A DNA stretch of 64,000 nucleotides from the human T2T-CHM13v2.0 reference genome, Homo sapiens (GCF_009914755.1 NC_060937.1); one strand, 5' to 3'. Positions 15,456 to 32,774 are shown, counted from the stretch's first letter. Made by a program: numbers and translations. Notes: generated by a model not told the origin, from the sequence alone.

Positions 15456-17739
15456 GGGTATTAACTAATAAGCAGTTTAAATCAGAATGCCACATTCTGA
15501 TTTTTTGTATGTTCACATTTGGCAGGCATAGATACTGTTTGAAGAGAGGAAAGTCAGTAGATAGACCTTACAAATATGTGCCAAGTCTAGAAACAAGAGA
15601 CTAGGGGGATAAGGACCTTTCAAAATAAAATGCAAGATTTGAAAACTGATTGGCTGGGGCATGAGGAAAAGGCAGGTCTTTAAGGTCAATCCCTGTTTTG
15701 CTTTAAGTTGTTAGCAGGTGGTTTTATCACATATTGTAGAATATGTCATTTCAGTTTTGAACATCTTGAGTTAAATTGTCCTAACGTATCTTATGAATTT
15801 GATTTTCTTCCCTGGGAAGCTAATATTTCAAAAACTTAAAGAGTATAGATTTCCAACTTGTATCCAATTTATAAAATTATCTGTAGGGTGCTGGTTTCAG
15901 GAGGAGGCTCATGACTATTCTATTTGCAGAGGATATATCAGGAGTTAACAACAGCTTCAATATTTGTGGACGACCAGTTAACTAAGCCACCTCTTAGTGT
16001 ATTTAGATGGGAAATCTTAGCTGAATATATTCAATAATCAACCAAGAGTGACTAAAAAATTCAATATTTAAGTATATTTCATTGTAATTAATTTGAATTG
16101 AAGCAGCCATATACAGCTAGTATTTACTACATTGAACAATGCAAATACGAGGAAAAAATTAATAACCATCTCTAATACCACATGCCAAAATCTTCATAAA
16201 TTTATTCTAGCTAAAGGAGTTTATCAGAAGCAGCAATTGAAAGCACTAACTAAACCAGCTGGGGTTAATTCACTGTCATTCTCTCAGAACCATCTCTTCT
16301 CTGAACAAAACAAGTAGAAGAGTTCATTGTGAATCTACATTCTCCTTGCCTATTTTAAGGTTTTGATGTTGACACTAATTTGTGAAATCCCTCCTGTGGT
16401 GTGATATTTCGTTTTCCTTGCTTTCTGTTAGGACAAGAATGCTTCAGCTCTTAATTTAAAATTATGTTTCTCCTTCCTAGGTTGAGTGAACTTAGAATGC
16501 ATTCTCTGACATATCCAAGTTTTTGTTAATATGAATTTGGGGGAAAAAGCATACTTAATTAGCTAAGACTTCTTATTCTAGGCTTGACCCTGTGTTTGAC
16601 ATCTTTTGAATCTGTAGTTGCATAGGCTGCTCTCTGACACCGGTTAGTGGCCTGGAAGCTATATTAACGTTAGGGGAGGTGGTGTGTGAGCATTACAGGT
16701 ATCCTTGCAAGGAAAGACTTGTCTTATCTCAATACGTCTTTTTTTTGCACACAAGAAAGTCAGTGTTTGAGTCTTCTAAAATCTTCCTATTTCCAAGTTG
16801 CAGAGTACCATTGATTCCTAAACAAAGATCTAATTTTTGAGTCAGAGACGTGGTAAGGTAGTGAATCACCATTATAATTTAACAGTCTTCAAGATAAAAT
16901 TATCTCTCTGATAGTAAGATTTTGCCCAACTATTAAGATATTTGGGTGTTTCGTTAAGAATGGAAGACGCTAGTCTCTTGAGCAGAGACTATAAAGGCCT
17001 CAGATGATCATTTATAATTATATGCTCTTTTCTTTAACACCTTCAACACAGTTGGAAGCAGCCGATATTCCCCAGAGTTGTTGTGTTTTTGAAACCAAAT
17101 GCATGGTTCAGTGGTAGAAAACTGGGTTGATCCAAGCTGTTTTCAATAAACACTTCATTTCAGGTGACCTATTTCATATTAAATAATCTCTAGATCCTGT
17201 CTTCCAAACTAACTAGATCAGATAACCTACCCTGGATTTTCCCCTTTTAGGGTCTGTGAGCTGCAGTCACTTTTGTGAAAATGATTGCAATGACAAGATA
17301 GAGGTGTAGACCGGGAAAATGTTTTGACTAATTTAAGCATAGTGGTATTTCATATGAGAATTTAAGTGACACACATTTGAAAATTATAATGGAGTCTCTT
17401 GGCTGAGCTTTAAAGAAAAATAGCGTGTAGGCTAAAAAGGGAACTGTTACCTCTCCTAAAATCAGAAAGATGTTACAGTAATTCTCCATTCTCTAGAATT
17501 ATCAGGAAGCACCTTTGTGATGATTTACTTTTGCTCTTGGGAGTGTGAGCCCGTGTAGTTGTGGAACCATCAATTAGAATGATGGCTTTCTGATCCCAAA
17601 GTCATTCGTTTGGAAAACAATATTTTTCATAAATTTGAAAGTGAGAAGGTTTGATCTTGCCATTCCCAAGTAACTCTCTTAATGAGAGGCATCAGCCTGC
17701 TTCAGTGACAGCTGTCACCTTCCAGTGCTGAGAGTCATC

Positions 17740-18100
17740 TTTGAGTTCTCCATTTCACTCCCTACACTCCAGTTTAGCTGCAGTTCTCTTGGCCAGTCCT
17801 CTGAAATACATCTATGGCCTGACGACTTCTCACCACTAATACCACTCATCCTGACAGCATTCTCACCTAAGTCACTACCTATTTTCTGTGGACTACAATA
17901 GCCTCCGAATTTATTTGCTCACATAACCTATTTATTCTTCACAGTGCACGAGATACACCCCTTTGAAATGCAAACACAGTCATGTTATTCTCTGGTGAAA
18001 TTATCTCATATATTCCTATCGCATTTAAAATTAATTCAGAATCATCCCATGATTATCAAAACCCTACATGCTCTTCCACAACATGGTTTACTTCATGTTT
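17740..18100. mobile_element. Degraded L2 fragment
   Basis: ctgaaatacatctatggcctgacgacttctcaccactaataccact...gcatttaaaattaattcagaatc resembles L2. Confidence 0.45.
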
Positions 18101-18814
18101 TTTTTTCCACTGTACTGAATTGGTGACTAATAGTCATATTTTTGTTTTTGCTCAAAAAGTCTTGACTTGTAAATTTTTCAGTTTTTCTTTTATCTACAGG
18201 TAACTCTTTTTTCGTAAGGCGAATTGCTTGCTTCCTTGAGTTCTGCTCTCAAAGATACCCTTCATTTTCTACCTAATATTAATAACTTTAATCACTCATT
18301 ATTCCATTACTATGCTCTATAGTGTATACAGTTTCTGTTCTTGCTCATGTTATTAACTAAAGTATTTATTGGTTCCAGTAATTTATTCCATAAATATTGT
18401 ACACATAAAAATTATGTTATTTTTATTGCTGTATGCTCAGCTGCCCAATAACTGTTTGAGGATTAACATATTTGTTAAATGCACAAATACATTCTTTCAC
18501 AAATATTAGTTTAATAATTTTATATTAAACTCCCTATATACTTACAATATGAATTAGATAACTCAGAATAAACATTCCGTTGGAGAAAACTAAACAATTT
18601 GTTATAAAACATCCTTAAAAGCATCAGAAAGTTAATACAGCAATGAAGAATTACAGGACCAAATTAAGAATGGTATGCAAGCCTGTTTGTGAGGCTTATG
18701 TTTGGGTTATCTCTTTACTTAGAGTGACTATAAATCTCAAAAGAGAACTAAAGGGAGAAATAACCATATCTACTAACATGGTAAGGGTATTTAAACATCT
18801 CTTAGTAATTGAGA

Positions 18815-18960
18815 AAATTGAAAGAAAAGAAAAAAGAAAGGGAGAAAGAGAAACAGTGAAAGGGATAATGAAGGAGAGAAAGAAGAGAAAGGAAGAGGAC
18901 GAAAAGTAAAAAGATGGAGGAGGGGGAGGGAGGAAGAAAGAAAGGTGGAAAGAAAGAATG
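18815..18960 (+). repeat. GA-rich low-complexity tract
   Basis: aaagaaaagaaaaaagaaagggagaaagag... Confidence 0.85.
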
Positions 18961-18989
18961 GTAAAGTTTTCAACAACATAATTTATCCT

Positions 18990-20520
18990 TCTAGAATATG
19001 AATGTTGGTCTATTTGATGATGTCCCACAGATTCCTTAGTCTCTGCTCATTTTTTATTTGTTATTCTTTCTGTTTCTCAGAGTCAGTATTTTCCATTTTC
19101 TTATCTTCAAGTTCATGACTTCTTCTGTGTGTGCAAATATACTCTGAAATCCCTCTGGTGATTTTTGAATTATTATCATTGTAGTTTTCCACTCCAGAAT
19201 TTCTGTTATCTCTTTGTTGATATTCCTACTTTTTAATATTTTTTCTGATTCCTTGATTTCTTTGTTTATGTTTTCCTTTTGACATTTGAGTATAATGAAG
19301 AGAGTAGTTTTAAAGTCTTTGTCTAATAAGTTTGAAGTCTGGGTTTCCTTAGAGATACTTTCTGTCAGTTTGTTTTGTTCCTTTGAATGAGCCATACTTT
19401 CCAATTCTTTGTATGTCTTGTAACTTTTTTTGAAAACTGGACGTTATAATAATTATAATTACTATGTGGTTATTCTGTAAATCAGAACCCCCCCCCCCCA
19501 CAAACACAGTAATGTTTTGTGGTTTTAAATTTTATTTACTTATTATATTCTCAAGGTTTTTATTTTTAGTGAAATTTTCCAAAGTGATGTGCAAAACTGT
19601 TTGCTTTATAAGGTGTGGTCACTGAAGTCTTTTTGTTTCCTTAACAAATGTTAAGCTAATGTTTTGACAGTGATTTTCTTGTATGTCAGGAATTAAGCAA
19701 ACAGGCAAATACAACAAACACAAAGAAAAACAAGTAATCATTATCCAGCAAAATATGTCTCTAGTCCATGCAGACTGGCTTTGTGCTGGGTTCTTTAAAG
19801 CCGACACAAAGTGTGTGTTCACTCTTGCACTGAGTGAAGTTCAAGTTCACTCTTGCACAGAGCCTGCACTGAGGGGAGGGATCGGCCAAGGTAAAAGTGT
19901 AGGGTCTTCTTATGACATTTGTCAGCATGTGGCTTAACCTATGCATACATGTGACTTTCTAGACTGTCCCATGTACGTGAATGATTTTGAATGTCTTAGT
20001 TTTCCAAATACTCTTCTCCAACTTTTCTTCCTGTGCTGAAGGTGATCTACTATATGTGTAAACTCTAATTTTTGCCCTAAGAGTCTCTGGTTTGTTAGGT
20101 ATCCTTGCAGTTTCTTAATAATGTCCATTCCTTATCTGTTCTGTATTCTAGCAACACAGAAAAAAAAAAAAAAGCCTTTCATTAGTCCTTTAGGTATCCC
20201 CCAGACCAGTCAGAACAGACACATAATAATTTGCGAGTAAGATCTTCTCTTGTTCCTTTGGATCATGGACCAGGGTTTCTCACTGGGAACGTGGGCTTCT
20301 GACACCTCAAAACTGCCAATTTGCTGGGGCAAAGGCAAGTTAAAAATGTCATAAAGTTTTCCAGTTGTCTTTTTCTTGAGTCCACTATCACTCGGTTGTT
20401 GTAATCTTTTGACCATTTTCCAGAGTTTTGGCAAAGTTTATTCGGACAGTTTCTCTTAGTTGTCTGATGTTTCTGTGGGGAAATGAAAGATTGCAGCTGT
20501 CTCCACTACCATTTTGCTGA
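18990..20520 (-). mobile_element. Old L1M 5'UTR/ORF1-region relic
   Basis: ORF 19054..19404 (MAHSKEQNKLTESISKETQTSNLLDKDFKTTL) resembles the N-terminus of old L1 ORF1; the right boundary is approximate. Confidence 0.6.
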
Positions 20521-20574
20521 TGCTCCTCTTTTGTCAATTTTTGCTTCACGTTGTTATGCTTTGTTATTAGTTCA

Positions 20575-20998
20575 TGTATTAGTTTTATAGGGCTGCCATA
20601 ACCAAGTAACACAAACTGGGTGCCTTGAAGAACATACATTTATAGTCTTATAGTCCTGGAAGCTAAAAATCTGAGCTTGAGGTGTCAGCAGGGATGGTCC
20701 CTTCAAGGGCTATGAGAGAAAGTCTGTTCTATGCCTTGTGTCTAGCTTCTGGTGGTTTAGTGGCAGTCTTTGGCATTCCTTGGCTAATCTCTGCCCTCAT
20801 AATCACATGGTACTCTCCCTGTGTGTATGTCTCCCTCTACTCAAATTTCTTCTTTTTATAAGGACATCAGTCATATGGAATTCAGGCTCATCTGATTTTA
20901 TCTTAACTTGATCACCTGCAAAGAACCTATTTCCTCATGAGGTCATATTCAGTGGTTAGGATTTCAGCATCTATATAGAGGAAACAATTTAGCTCATA
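20575..20998 (-). mobile_element. MaLR (MLT1-type) solo LTR
   Basis: tgtattagttttatagggctgccataaccaagtaacacaaactgggtgccttg...aaggacatcagtcatatgga...cctatttcctcatgaggtcatattc. Confidence 0.85.
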
Positions 20999-21049
20999 TC
21001 TGTGCATACATGATTGTAATAGCTATGTCTTCCTAAAGCGTTGACCCCC

Positions 21050-22480
<1,431 letters not shown>

Positions 22481-22599
22481 ATCTTACAAAACATAGGTGC
22501 ACAAAAAATAAACATGTGCATGAAGTGTGAGAAGGCTACATTCCTGAGACCCTGAGAAAAAGTACCTGCATAAGACTGAGATGAAATTACCTACTCTAG

Positions 22600-23250
22600 T
22601 TATAATTGAAATCCCAAAAAGAAAAGGGGAAAAAATAATGGAGCCAAAGAAATATTTTTCAAAATAACTGCCAAAAATATTCTAAAAGAAGTGACAGAAA
22701 ATCAAACTTCAGATATAGGAAACTCAGAGAATGTCAAATAGAACAAAAACAAATAAGAATTACATCTTGAAAAATCTTTAAAAAATCAACTCTAAATTTT
22801 ATATCTTGCTCCAAATATATAGAGATATAAATAGGTTATCTTCAAGATATGGAGAAAGCCATATCATGGAAACACTAAAATAAAGCTGTGGGAAGGACCA
22901 CATTGATATTAGACACAACAGAGTTCAGAACAAGAAATAGTATCAGAGATGAGAGATAATAGATAATATAATCATCAATTCTCAAGAAGATGTAAACCTC
23001 CTACTAATTAGGGTATGCAGCTAACAACAGAACCTCCAAATACATGAGGAAAAACATGAAAGAAATCAAAGGTGAACTAGAAAAATCCAAAATTATATTT
23101 GCAGACTTCAACACTTTTGTCTTAGTAATAGACAGACTAGGCACAATCTCAGTAATCATGTGGAAGATAAGAACAACAATATCACCAACAAGACATCCAA
23201 TCTGCAATGGCAGATACTCTTTCCTTTCAAGTGAAAAAAAAAAAAAAAAC
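22600..23250 (+). mobile_element. Old L1 ORF1-end / endonuclease relic
   Basis: MRKNMKEIKGELEKSKIIFADFNTFVLVIDR resembles the L1 EN motif IIxGDFNT. Confidence 0.7.
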
Positions 23251-23296
23251 AGTATGGCGTATTCTGCAACAAACCCAGAATTTCTAATATTTGCGG

Positions 23297-23868
23297 TCTT
23301 CCTTCCTTCTTTCCATCTTCCTTTCCCTTCTCTTCCCTTCCCTTCCCTTCTTCCTTACTTTCTTCTTTTCCTCTTCCTTTTCTTTTTTCTTTTCCTTTCT
23401 TTTTCTTTCTTGTATTCTCCTTCCTTCCTTCTTTCTTTCCTCTTTTGCTTCCTTCCCTCCTCCCTCCCTTCCTTTCTCCCTCCCTTCTTTTCTTTTCTTT
23501 CTCAATTTCTTGCTTTCTTTCCTTTTTTCTCCCTTCCTCCCTCCCTCCTGTTCTTCCTCCCTCCCTTCCTTTCCTCCTTTTACCATCCTTCCTTCCCTCC
23601 TTCTCCTCTTTATTTTCTTTGTTTCTCTGCATTCCTCCCTTTTACCATTCTCTCTTCCTCCTTTCCTTCCTCCCTTCCTCCTTTCTTTCTTTCCTTCTTT
23701 CTTTCTTGTGTTCTTGCTTTCTTTTTTCTCGCTTTCTGCCTTTCTCCCTCCCTCCCTCCTTCCCTCCCTTCCTTCCTTCTCTCATTTCCTCGTTTTCTTT
23801 CTTCTTTCTTTCTTTCCTTCCTTCCTTCTTTCCTTCCTTCTTTTTTGTTTCTTTTATTTCTCTTTACT
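23297..23868 (+). repeat. Polypyrimidine (CT-rich, CCTT/CTTT) tract of about 570 bp
   Basis: Seen directly; source of several spurious ORFs. Confidence 0.97.
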
Positions 23869-23955
23869 ACAATTCACATTATTTAAAAAAAATTAAGAGA
23901 GGGAGGCAGAAAAATAAAGAACACTTTAATCTGCAGGTAAATAGATTATGTCTGC

Positions 23956-24765
<810 letters not shown>

Positions 24766-25747
24766 GTAATTGTATCATGAAAATGAGAACCATAATTTAC
24801 AACTGCTTTTAATACTGCACTTGGATGTTTGAAATCACATACATGGAAATGATCTCTATGTGTATGAGGGAGGATAGCAAATTGATGCCAAAATAATGCA
24901 AATGCAAATCTTACACTCATTTCTATGTAGGTTTCATTTAATCTTTGAAATTAAAATGAAATAAAAAATTATGATATTTTGATGAAATTAGACTAAAATG
25001 AACAATAACAAAATAAGAACTTATTTATATTCTTTATATGGTCAGTAAAGAAGTGATAGTGGAAAAAAAACAAGATCAAATGAAGGTGATGATTTAGGAA
25101 GTTGGAAAGATAGCTTAAACTACAAAATGGTATATAACTAGTGGACACTTAGACACATTGATTGATGAACTTCAGCTTTTGGCTTGCTGAGAGCATAAAA
25201 TGAGAGCAGCTGAGGTTTGCAAATTTGTAATCTCCTTGTGGAAAAACAGGCAAAAACACATCTCAGCCTAATAAGATTTATCTACTAAAGAGTCAAGACT
25301 TGATCCATTTGTCCTTGTAATTGAAAAGCTAATTCAAATACTGATTTGATGTATTGTGTGAACAACCATTGCTGATTATCATTGCATACCTCGCAATGTC
25401 TTTAATCTGATATCTAAAATATTTGGTAATTCCTAGACTTTCTCTTTTCAAACCCAGTACGGTTTAATTTCAATCTTAGAAGAGTTGTCTTTGAGAAATT
25501 CTTCCCTCTACTGCATCTGTGAATGGGCATAGCATGGTTACATACATACTGTCACCCCAGAGAACATTTGTTAAATTAGAGCCAAAGTTTAAAGCAACAG
25601 CTTTAACTCACTGGTTTTACTAACGTTTTCCTCCCCAATAGCCACAACAACATTGATACCCTCACACCTTTTAACATAAAGCTTAGTGTTGTCTATTTTT
25701 CAGGTGCTGTCATCTATATGGTCTCAGTATTTTAAAAATCAGCTTCC

Positions 25748-26057
<310 letters not shown>

Positions 26058-27624
26058 TCAACTCCATTGATTTCTACATAAATATGCACAGGTGATGTCC
26101 ATACAGACATAAATAATAATATGTCTGACAATGATTCCATATGATCTTCAAAATGTAAAATGCCTATCTGTTTAATTGGTTAGTCTCATTAATGAATATA
26201 GATTCAATTCTACTTTCTTGTTCTAGATAAATTATATAATCTAGCTTTTGGTTTCACTTATTTACTGATAACAACAGGAAGAATGACAAGATATCTATTT
26301 TGGAAAATTACTCTGGTAGGAGTAAAGATGAAACTGATAGAATTGCATGGAAAACTAGAAAAAAGTATGGTCTTCTGATATTCTATCACATCATATACCA
26401 AAGGCCTCATAAAACTCATATATTTTATCTAAAAATGTTATTTTCACCTTAGGATCAAAGCATGAGACTGGAATTGTATTAAAATGTGCTTGTATCACAA
26501 GAACATGTGCTAAAAAGGAGGGGAAAACATCACTACTGATATTTTAAACATATGTTTTACTTTCCATCAACATGAACCTCAACTTGATATGATGCAGATT
26601 GAAGGAAATCACCCATAATTCCATATGAAGAAGGCCTGTGATATTTTATGGGAAAATAAATAGAGAAAATGCTAACAGCAACCCTATTAAGCATGAAGCT
26701 TTATGGAGCAAAGACAAATCCAGTGGTGAAAGATACACACTCGAGTTCTGTTTGTTGTCTTGGAACAATACGGTTTAGAGGTGACTGGCGGGTGAGGAGA
26801 ACATATGCAAGTTCACCAAAGAGAAAAGCTGAATGAGGCAATGCCTCTTCCTGACTATATCTCTTACTCGGATAACTATATAATTTATTGTCCAGTAAAG
26901 GGTATATTAAAAAATCATATTAAAAGTCATGCAGTGAAGTTGTCCAGGGAAATCAAGACTTAACAGTCTCACTCTGACAATAATGAATAGGGGGGTTCCC
27001 TCAAGATAGACTAGGACATGACCCCACACTGGCAGGTAGTAGTACCAGAAAAGAACCCATGGAAAATCTTTACCTTATGCTTGAGGTAAGGACCAGGCTA
27101 AAGTGAAAGCCAGACATAAAATTCTATCTAAAATATATCCACAATCGAAGAAAATATGTGGTGTACAGGCATAGAATGTCTTTACTGGATCATTGAAATA
27201 GTAAGATAAATTCAACATTTTACGTTGTTTTCTTTTCCTCCAGTTAGGGCTTGAGGTTTGTCTCTGGAGAGTGACTGTCAATTGGAGCCCTGCCTTTCTG
27301 GGGTTCTGGGCAGGGGGTTGTGGATGCTTAACATGTGCCTTTCACAGGACACTTCCTTACCCCAGCAGTGGCCAGGTGTGCATCCCACGACCAGGCCTCC
27401 CTCTCACAGAACATCTGTTGAGACTAGGAAATGCCTGGTGACTGTTGCCTGACCTGTGTCCTGTGTATTTCTGACAAGAGCCACTCTCAGAGACCCTGAC
27501 CAGGAGGAGAGTTAGGTTCCAGTGTAGCTCAGCTCAGACACATGGAGGCCACAGGACCAAACGTGGGAAATCATAGAAGTAGGTTTATTACTCACAGATC
27601 CAGAGAGAAGAGGGTAGCTGAGAA

Positions 27625-27965
27625 GAGGGTTTAGCTGTGTCCCCAGCCAAATCTCATCTTGAATTCCCACATGTTGTGGGAGGGAACAGGTGTGAGGTAA
27701 TTGAATCATGGGGGCAGGTCTTTCCCATGCTGTTCTTCTGATAGTGAATAAGTCTCACAAGATCTGATGGTTTTATAAAGGGGAGTTTCCCTGCACAAGC
27801 TCTCTTGTCTTGTCTGCTGCCATGTGAGACGTGCCTTTCACCTTGTGCCATGATTGTGAGGCCTACCCAGCCATGTAGAACTGTGTGTCTATTAAACTTC
27901 TTTCTTCTGGAAATTACCCACTCTTGGGCATGTCTTTACCAGCGGTGTGAAAATGGACTAATACA
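27625..27965 (+). mobile_element. THE1-type MaLR solo LTR
   Basis: gtttagctgtgtccccagccaaatctcatcttgaattcccacatgttgtgggaggg...gtgaaaatggactaataca. Confidence 0.93.
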
Positions 27966-30297
27966 GTAGCACACCTCATAGGGCTGAACAAAATGGGGAA
28001 GATGAGTGGGGAGCAGGAGAGAGAAAAGGGGTCTGTGGGACTCCAGCCTTTATTAGGCCCAGAGCATTACCCAAATAAGTTTTCCACGGGGTCTAGTCGG
28101 TGGGGTGAGTGCCAGCAGGCACATTTCTTGGCTCCCGCTGCAACTAAGCAGGTCACTCTGGCATGTGGGGGCTGTCCATGTGGGCTGTGAGGTCTGTGGG
28201 GTGAGTCAGGTAGGTTGTATCCAACGGTTCTGTAGTGGGTATTCATCAGGAGGAGGCAACTGTGTAGGGTGAATTTCTGGGCCAGCCATACTGAGAAACT
28301 GTGAGGGTTAGAACTGGAAATTGTCAACGGAATCTGAACCCAGCTACCATATGAGAGAGTTCGACTTACGTTCAATGTGAATGCCATGGCAATATTAAAA
28401 GGTAAGAAATGGCTCCATAAGTGCTTGAGGTATATAGGAGAAACCTAGAATTTATGCAAACAGTGAGAAGATTGGATTGGTTTTCCATCACATATTTTAA
28501 TACTAGCAGCATATTATATATGTCAATCCATCAGACATTCAGAAATACATGCTTATGAAAATTTTTTGCACCTTCAGACAAAAGACAAGGGTAGAAGACA
28601 TTTGTAACCCTATAAACACTAGTAAATTAAAAACAGAAGGACCTTATGTCCTAACATATTTGTGTTGGGAAAGGCTGCCCTGTGAAATATGGGATTTCTT
28701 AAACATATTTTAAAAATCATGGGTGTCAATATTTTTTAGAAATCCATTTAAATTTTCTCTTGCTATTTTACAATGCCTATTTATTTATTTAGTGGCTCTG
28801 CTGATTTTGATGTATATCCTAAACTTTACATTCTCTTTAAAGGATGTTTTATACAACTTTATGTAAAATGTTTCAGTGTCTTCACATTCTCTCCCTGTCC
28901 TTTTGTTTTGCTCTTATATGGTGGTCCTGAGTCTTTTCTCTGGCTTTTCAAACCTAGTAAGACTAAGACACTAAAGTAACTTTGCCCGTGGTTTGGTAAT
29001 ATTTTCTAAAGCACATCCTAAGCTCTCATGCATACAGGGGTCTCCTTTGAGCTCTGTGCTTTTGAGATCCCATATACCTAAATTCCAGTATTGGAAATCA
29101 GTACTGCTCAGTTTCAGTTACTACGTTTAAAAATGTATTTTAATAGCAAGTTAGTTTAGTGCACTCTTGCTTCTTTCTTGACTGTTTGTATACATGTATA
29201 TTCCTTTAAATGAATCTTGGAATTTATTTAAAAATTTTAAATTATACTAATGAAACTGTATATTGTTGTGAATTCACAGGTGAATTTGGAAAGAATTTGT
29301 TTTTATGATACTAAATCCTTTTTATCCAAGAATCATGTGACTTTATATTTATTCCAGTCTATATTGATATCACTGAGTAAATATATAGAAATGTAGATAC
29401 ATACAGCTGTAGTTATAGATACAAATATAGATATAACATGTTAAATCTATATCTATCCCATATAACATATATACACGTTATATGTGGGTGTGTATATATA
29501 TATGTTTATGTTATTAAAGAGCTCCCTTAAAATTTTTATTTTATTTCCTATATAATTTTAGGTCGAGCTTGAATTTTCCTTGTATAAACAAGCAAATATT
29601 TATACTAGTTTTAACACTGATGTTTAGACATTCTATCTTATTTTAGCATTGAATATTTTCACAATTATTATAAATATTATCTAATATTAATAATGTACCT
29701 GTTAAAAATATTTAAAATTTTACCTTTGAATTATTTTATTGTTGAATTTAAATTCCTTTAATATGACAGTAAATTTCTATTTTATGCTTTCTCTATGCAT
29801 ATGCAAATTAATCTATCCACTTCTCTATCTCTATGTAGTAACACATGAAAATCAGGCCTCTCTTCTTCTAATGGACATACACATGTTTGCATATAGAATA
29901 TCAGACTCTTTATAGCATTTAAAATCTTTAAAGACATGAATATTGCCTTTTAACAAATATATTTTAGCATGTACTGAGAATCCCCTATTTATTTTTAATT
30001 TGGGCTAATCAATATGATTATTAATATTATTGGATTGCCAAATTTGGAAACACATTTTCATCCCCAAGGTGGATATTTGTTGTTTTTTTTTTTTTTTTTT
30101 TTTTTTGCCAATTTCTTGTCTTACTGTTTCAAATGTTGTTGTATATTATTTTTATTTTATTTGGGATTTTACTATCAACATTTGTAAGTGATGTACTCTA
30201 CATATTTTTTCTTCAATATCTGGTGGGTTTTATAATGACAGCCATATTGGATTTGTAGTAGACATTCACAAAAATTATTCCTGTATGTTTTATAGCT

Positions 30298-30845
30298 GTA
30301 TGAAGGAAACTAATATATTTTACCCCTAAATATATTTCCTTGATATATTTCAAAATGGCTATTGAGAAGGGCTGGAAATGCAAACTTAGCTGCAAAGCTG
30401 TCTTGGGGAGATTTGCACTGTTAGAGAATCTGCCTTGATGCAGCCAGGCTTTCTCTGAGTTCTGCCCCCTTGTCTGGATCTAGGAAAGGTTAACTGAGAG
30501 TCTGAGGTCTCCAAAGGTCTGAAAGAAACATTTTCTGTCCATTCTCTCTGAGGAATGCTCCCAGTGAGGTTCCACCTATGTAATAAGTCCACTGTTGCTA
30601 GCCAGGGTCGTTTTCTCACATAACCTTTTTTTATTTTCCCTGTGATCCAAGACCCCATTCTTTCTGTAAACTTCATGTGGTAGATAAGCTTCTGCACGCA
30701 TCGTGTGTCTGGGTCTTCGTTCTAAGGGCTCCAGTGTACACACATTGCAGAAACCTGTATGCCTTTTCTACTATTTATCTGCCTCCTATTAGTGATTTTC
30801 AGGGAAACTTCAGAAGGCAAAAGGGATATTCTCCTTTAGCCCATA
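30298..30845 (+). mobile_element. ERV1-type solo LTR (MER34/MER39-like)
   Basis: tgaaggaaactaatatattttacccctaaatatatttcc...ggagatttgcac...taggaaaggttaactgagag; family name is tentative. Confidence 0.65.
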
Positions 30846-31053
30846 CTCAGACAAAATCCCCCAACATTTAACTGATTCCTAATAGCTTAACATCACTTTG
30901 AAAAATCCATATATTTATAACCTTTTCTTCCCTCTATGATTTCTGGTCAGCTTGGGTTTTGTTTTTCATTCCATTTACTTCATCCTCAAAAAAAATCTAT
31001 TTTGCATCTATTTATTCTCATTTATGGACATGGAGAAAAGAAAATAACTTTCA

Positions 31054-31487
31054 TGTGAGAAATGCAAGTCCTTTTAAATAATCAGGCCCAGAGAGACATT
31101 CAAATGAGACAGCAGTTCTGTCCTGCTCCTCTTTGAGCTGTGTGTTCATCTAGGCTGCTTGCTGTTGCCACAGTAGCTATAAATTAACCAATAACGCCAT
31201 ACCAGACACTATAATCCACACCAAATTATAGTGTAACAGTGTATAGCCAGTCACTAATAAATGTTATTTCCATAAGCCAATGAGAATTTGTGACAAACCT
31301 CTTTGCATCATCCCACTTCTGGACCCTTTTTTGCCTTTAAGAAACTGCTTGTTGCAAAGCTCCAAAGGGAGTTCATATCCAAGGATACTTGGGTCTGTTC
31401 CTTCCAGGCAGCTGTCCTCATTGTGGCTCAAGTAAACTCTTTGAATTACGTTTTGTGCTTCAGCCCCTTCCACTTAGATTAATAACA
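31054..31487 (+). mobile_element. ERV1-type solo LTR, family uncertain
   Basis: tg...ca termini, agccaatgagaa CCAAT box, cctttaagaaactgcttg, aagtaaactctttgaattac. Confidence 0.55.
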
Positions 31488-31599
31488 TGGATTTGTGTCA
31501 CCATGTACAGCAATTAAAATGTTTACACTTTTCCCCTCGAGGGCGCTGATGTGTTTTCCTGAGCACTTGGAATAGCTACGTAGTGTTTACTGTCTAGAT

Positions 31600-31791
31600 T
31601 ATGGTTTCTCAACCTTGGTGCTACTTACCTTTAGGACCAGAGGATTCTTTGTTGTGGGAGGCTGCCCTAGCAATGCTAGGTGTTTCGTTTGACCTCTAAA
31701 TTTCACACCTCCACCAGTCTTGACATCCCCACAATAACCCTAGACATTGACAAATGTCTCCTGGGGAAAACTCTCCACCAGTTGACAGCCA
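31600..31791. mobile_element. MER20 (hAT-Charlie non-autonomous DNA transposon)
   Basis: ggtttctcaaccttggtgctact...attctttgttgtgggaggctgccct...agacattgacaaatgtctcctgggg...agttgacagcc. Confidence 0.8.
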
Positions 31792-32774
31792 AAGTTCTGG
31801 AAATATTGGAATTGTCAATTGAGATTTTATGTTATCCAAAACAAATATTTTTCTTTGTTTTTAAACATCTACTTCCATCTACTTATCTACTTATTTTTAC
31901 TTTTATTTGTAACTTAATTCCATCAAGGAGAGAGAGTGCATTTTCTGTTATGCTAAATTTTTGAAGAATGTATTGATTTTTTCTGACCTGATATATGGAT
32001 GATATGTAGATATTACATGTTTGTATTATCAAATTTCAGGGCGATAATAAAATAAATACTTATAATATTTATATTGTCACTGTATATTAGTTATTTTCTT
32101 TCTTCACTACAGGAGTTTTTCAACCTATAGGCTATTTTTCAATTCTAGGTTATCCAGTAGATTTTGAAATGTTATGATTAAATATCTACTTCTCAAGCAT
32201 TCATCTTTGCAAATGAAACAATCCCAAGCTCTTATAATGCACATCATATAAAGGGCAGATTAGTCAATATATGGTTCAGAAATAATTATGTAATATTTAT
32301 AAGAAAATTAAAAATTTAGATCCTTAACTCAGATAACAATAATCCAAATTAAAATTTGATTTCATTACATAATTTTAAATGACACCAGAATACTAGTAAA
32401 AATGTAGATAAGTTTATATAATCTATTTTAGCTGTAGGACTTTATTAGCATAAATTCAAATACAGGAACCAAAGTAAGATTGTGACCTATAGTCAAAGGT
32501 TAAAATGTACACATTATAGGGGCATGATTAAACTAATTTAAAGCATAATAACATGGAGAAATATTGCAAAACATACATTTTACTGAATTAATTGTTAATA
32601 TCTAATCATTATGTCAGAACAAAATTAAAGAGTAGCTACACACGCACACACCCACACACAAGTGCAATATTGTCAAATAAACGATGTTCAGCTACACTAG
32701 AAATCACACCTGTGTTTTCTCCACAGAAAAGATTAAAAATCACAATAATATTTATTGTACATATGGAGGTAAAG

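Noticed and set aside
29425-29452. 28-bp near-palindrome atatagatataacatgttaaatctatat (similar one near 33532-33549)
   Set aside because: Expected by chance in TA-rich low-complexity sequence.
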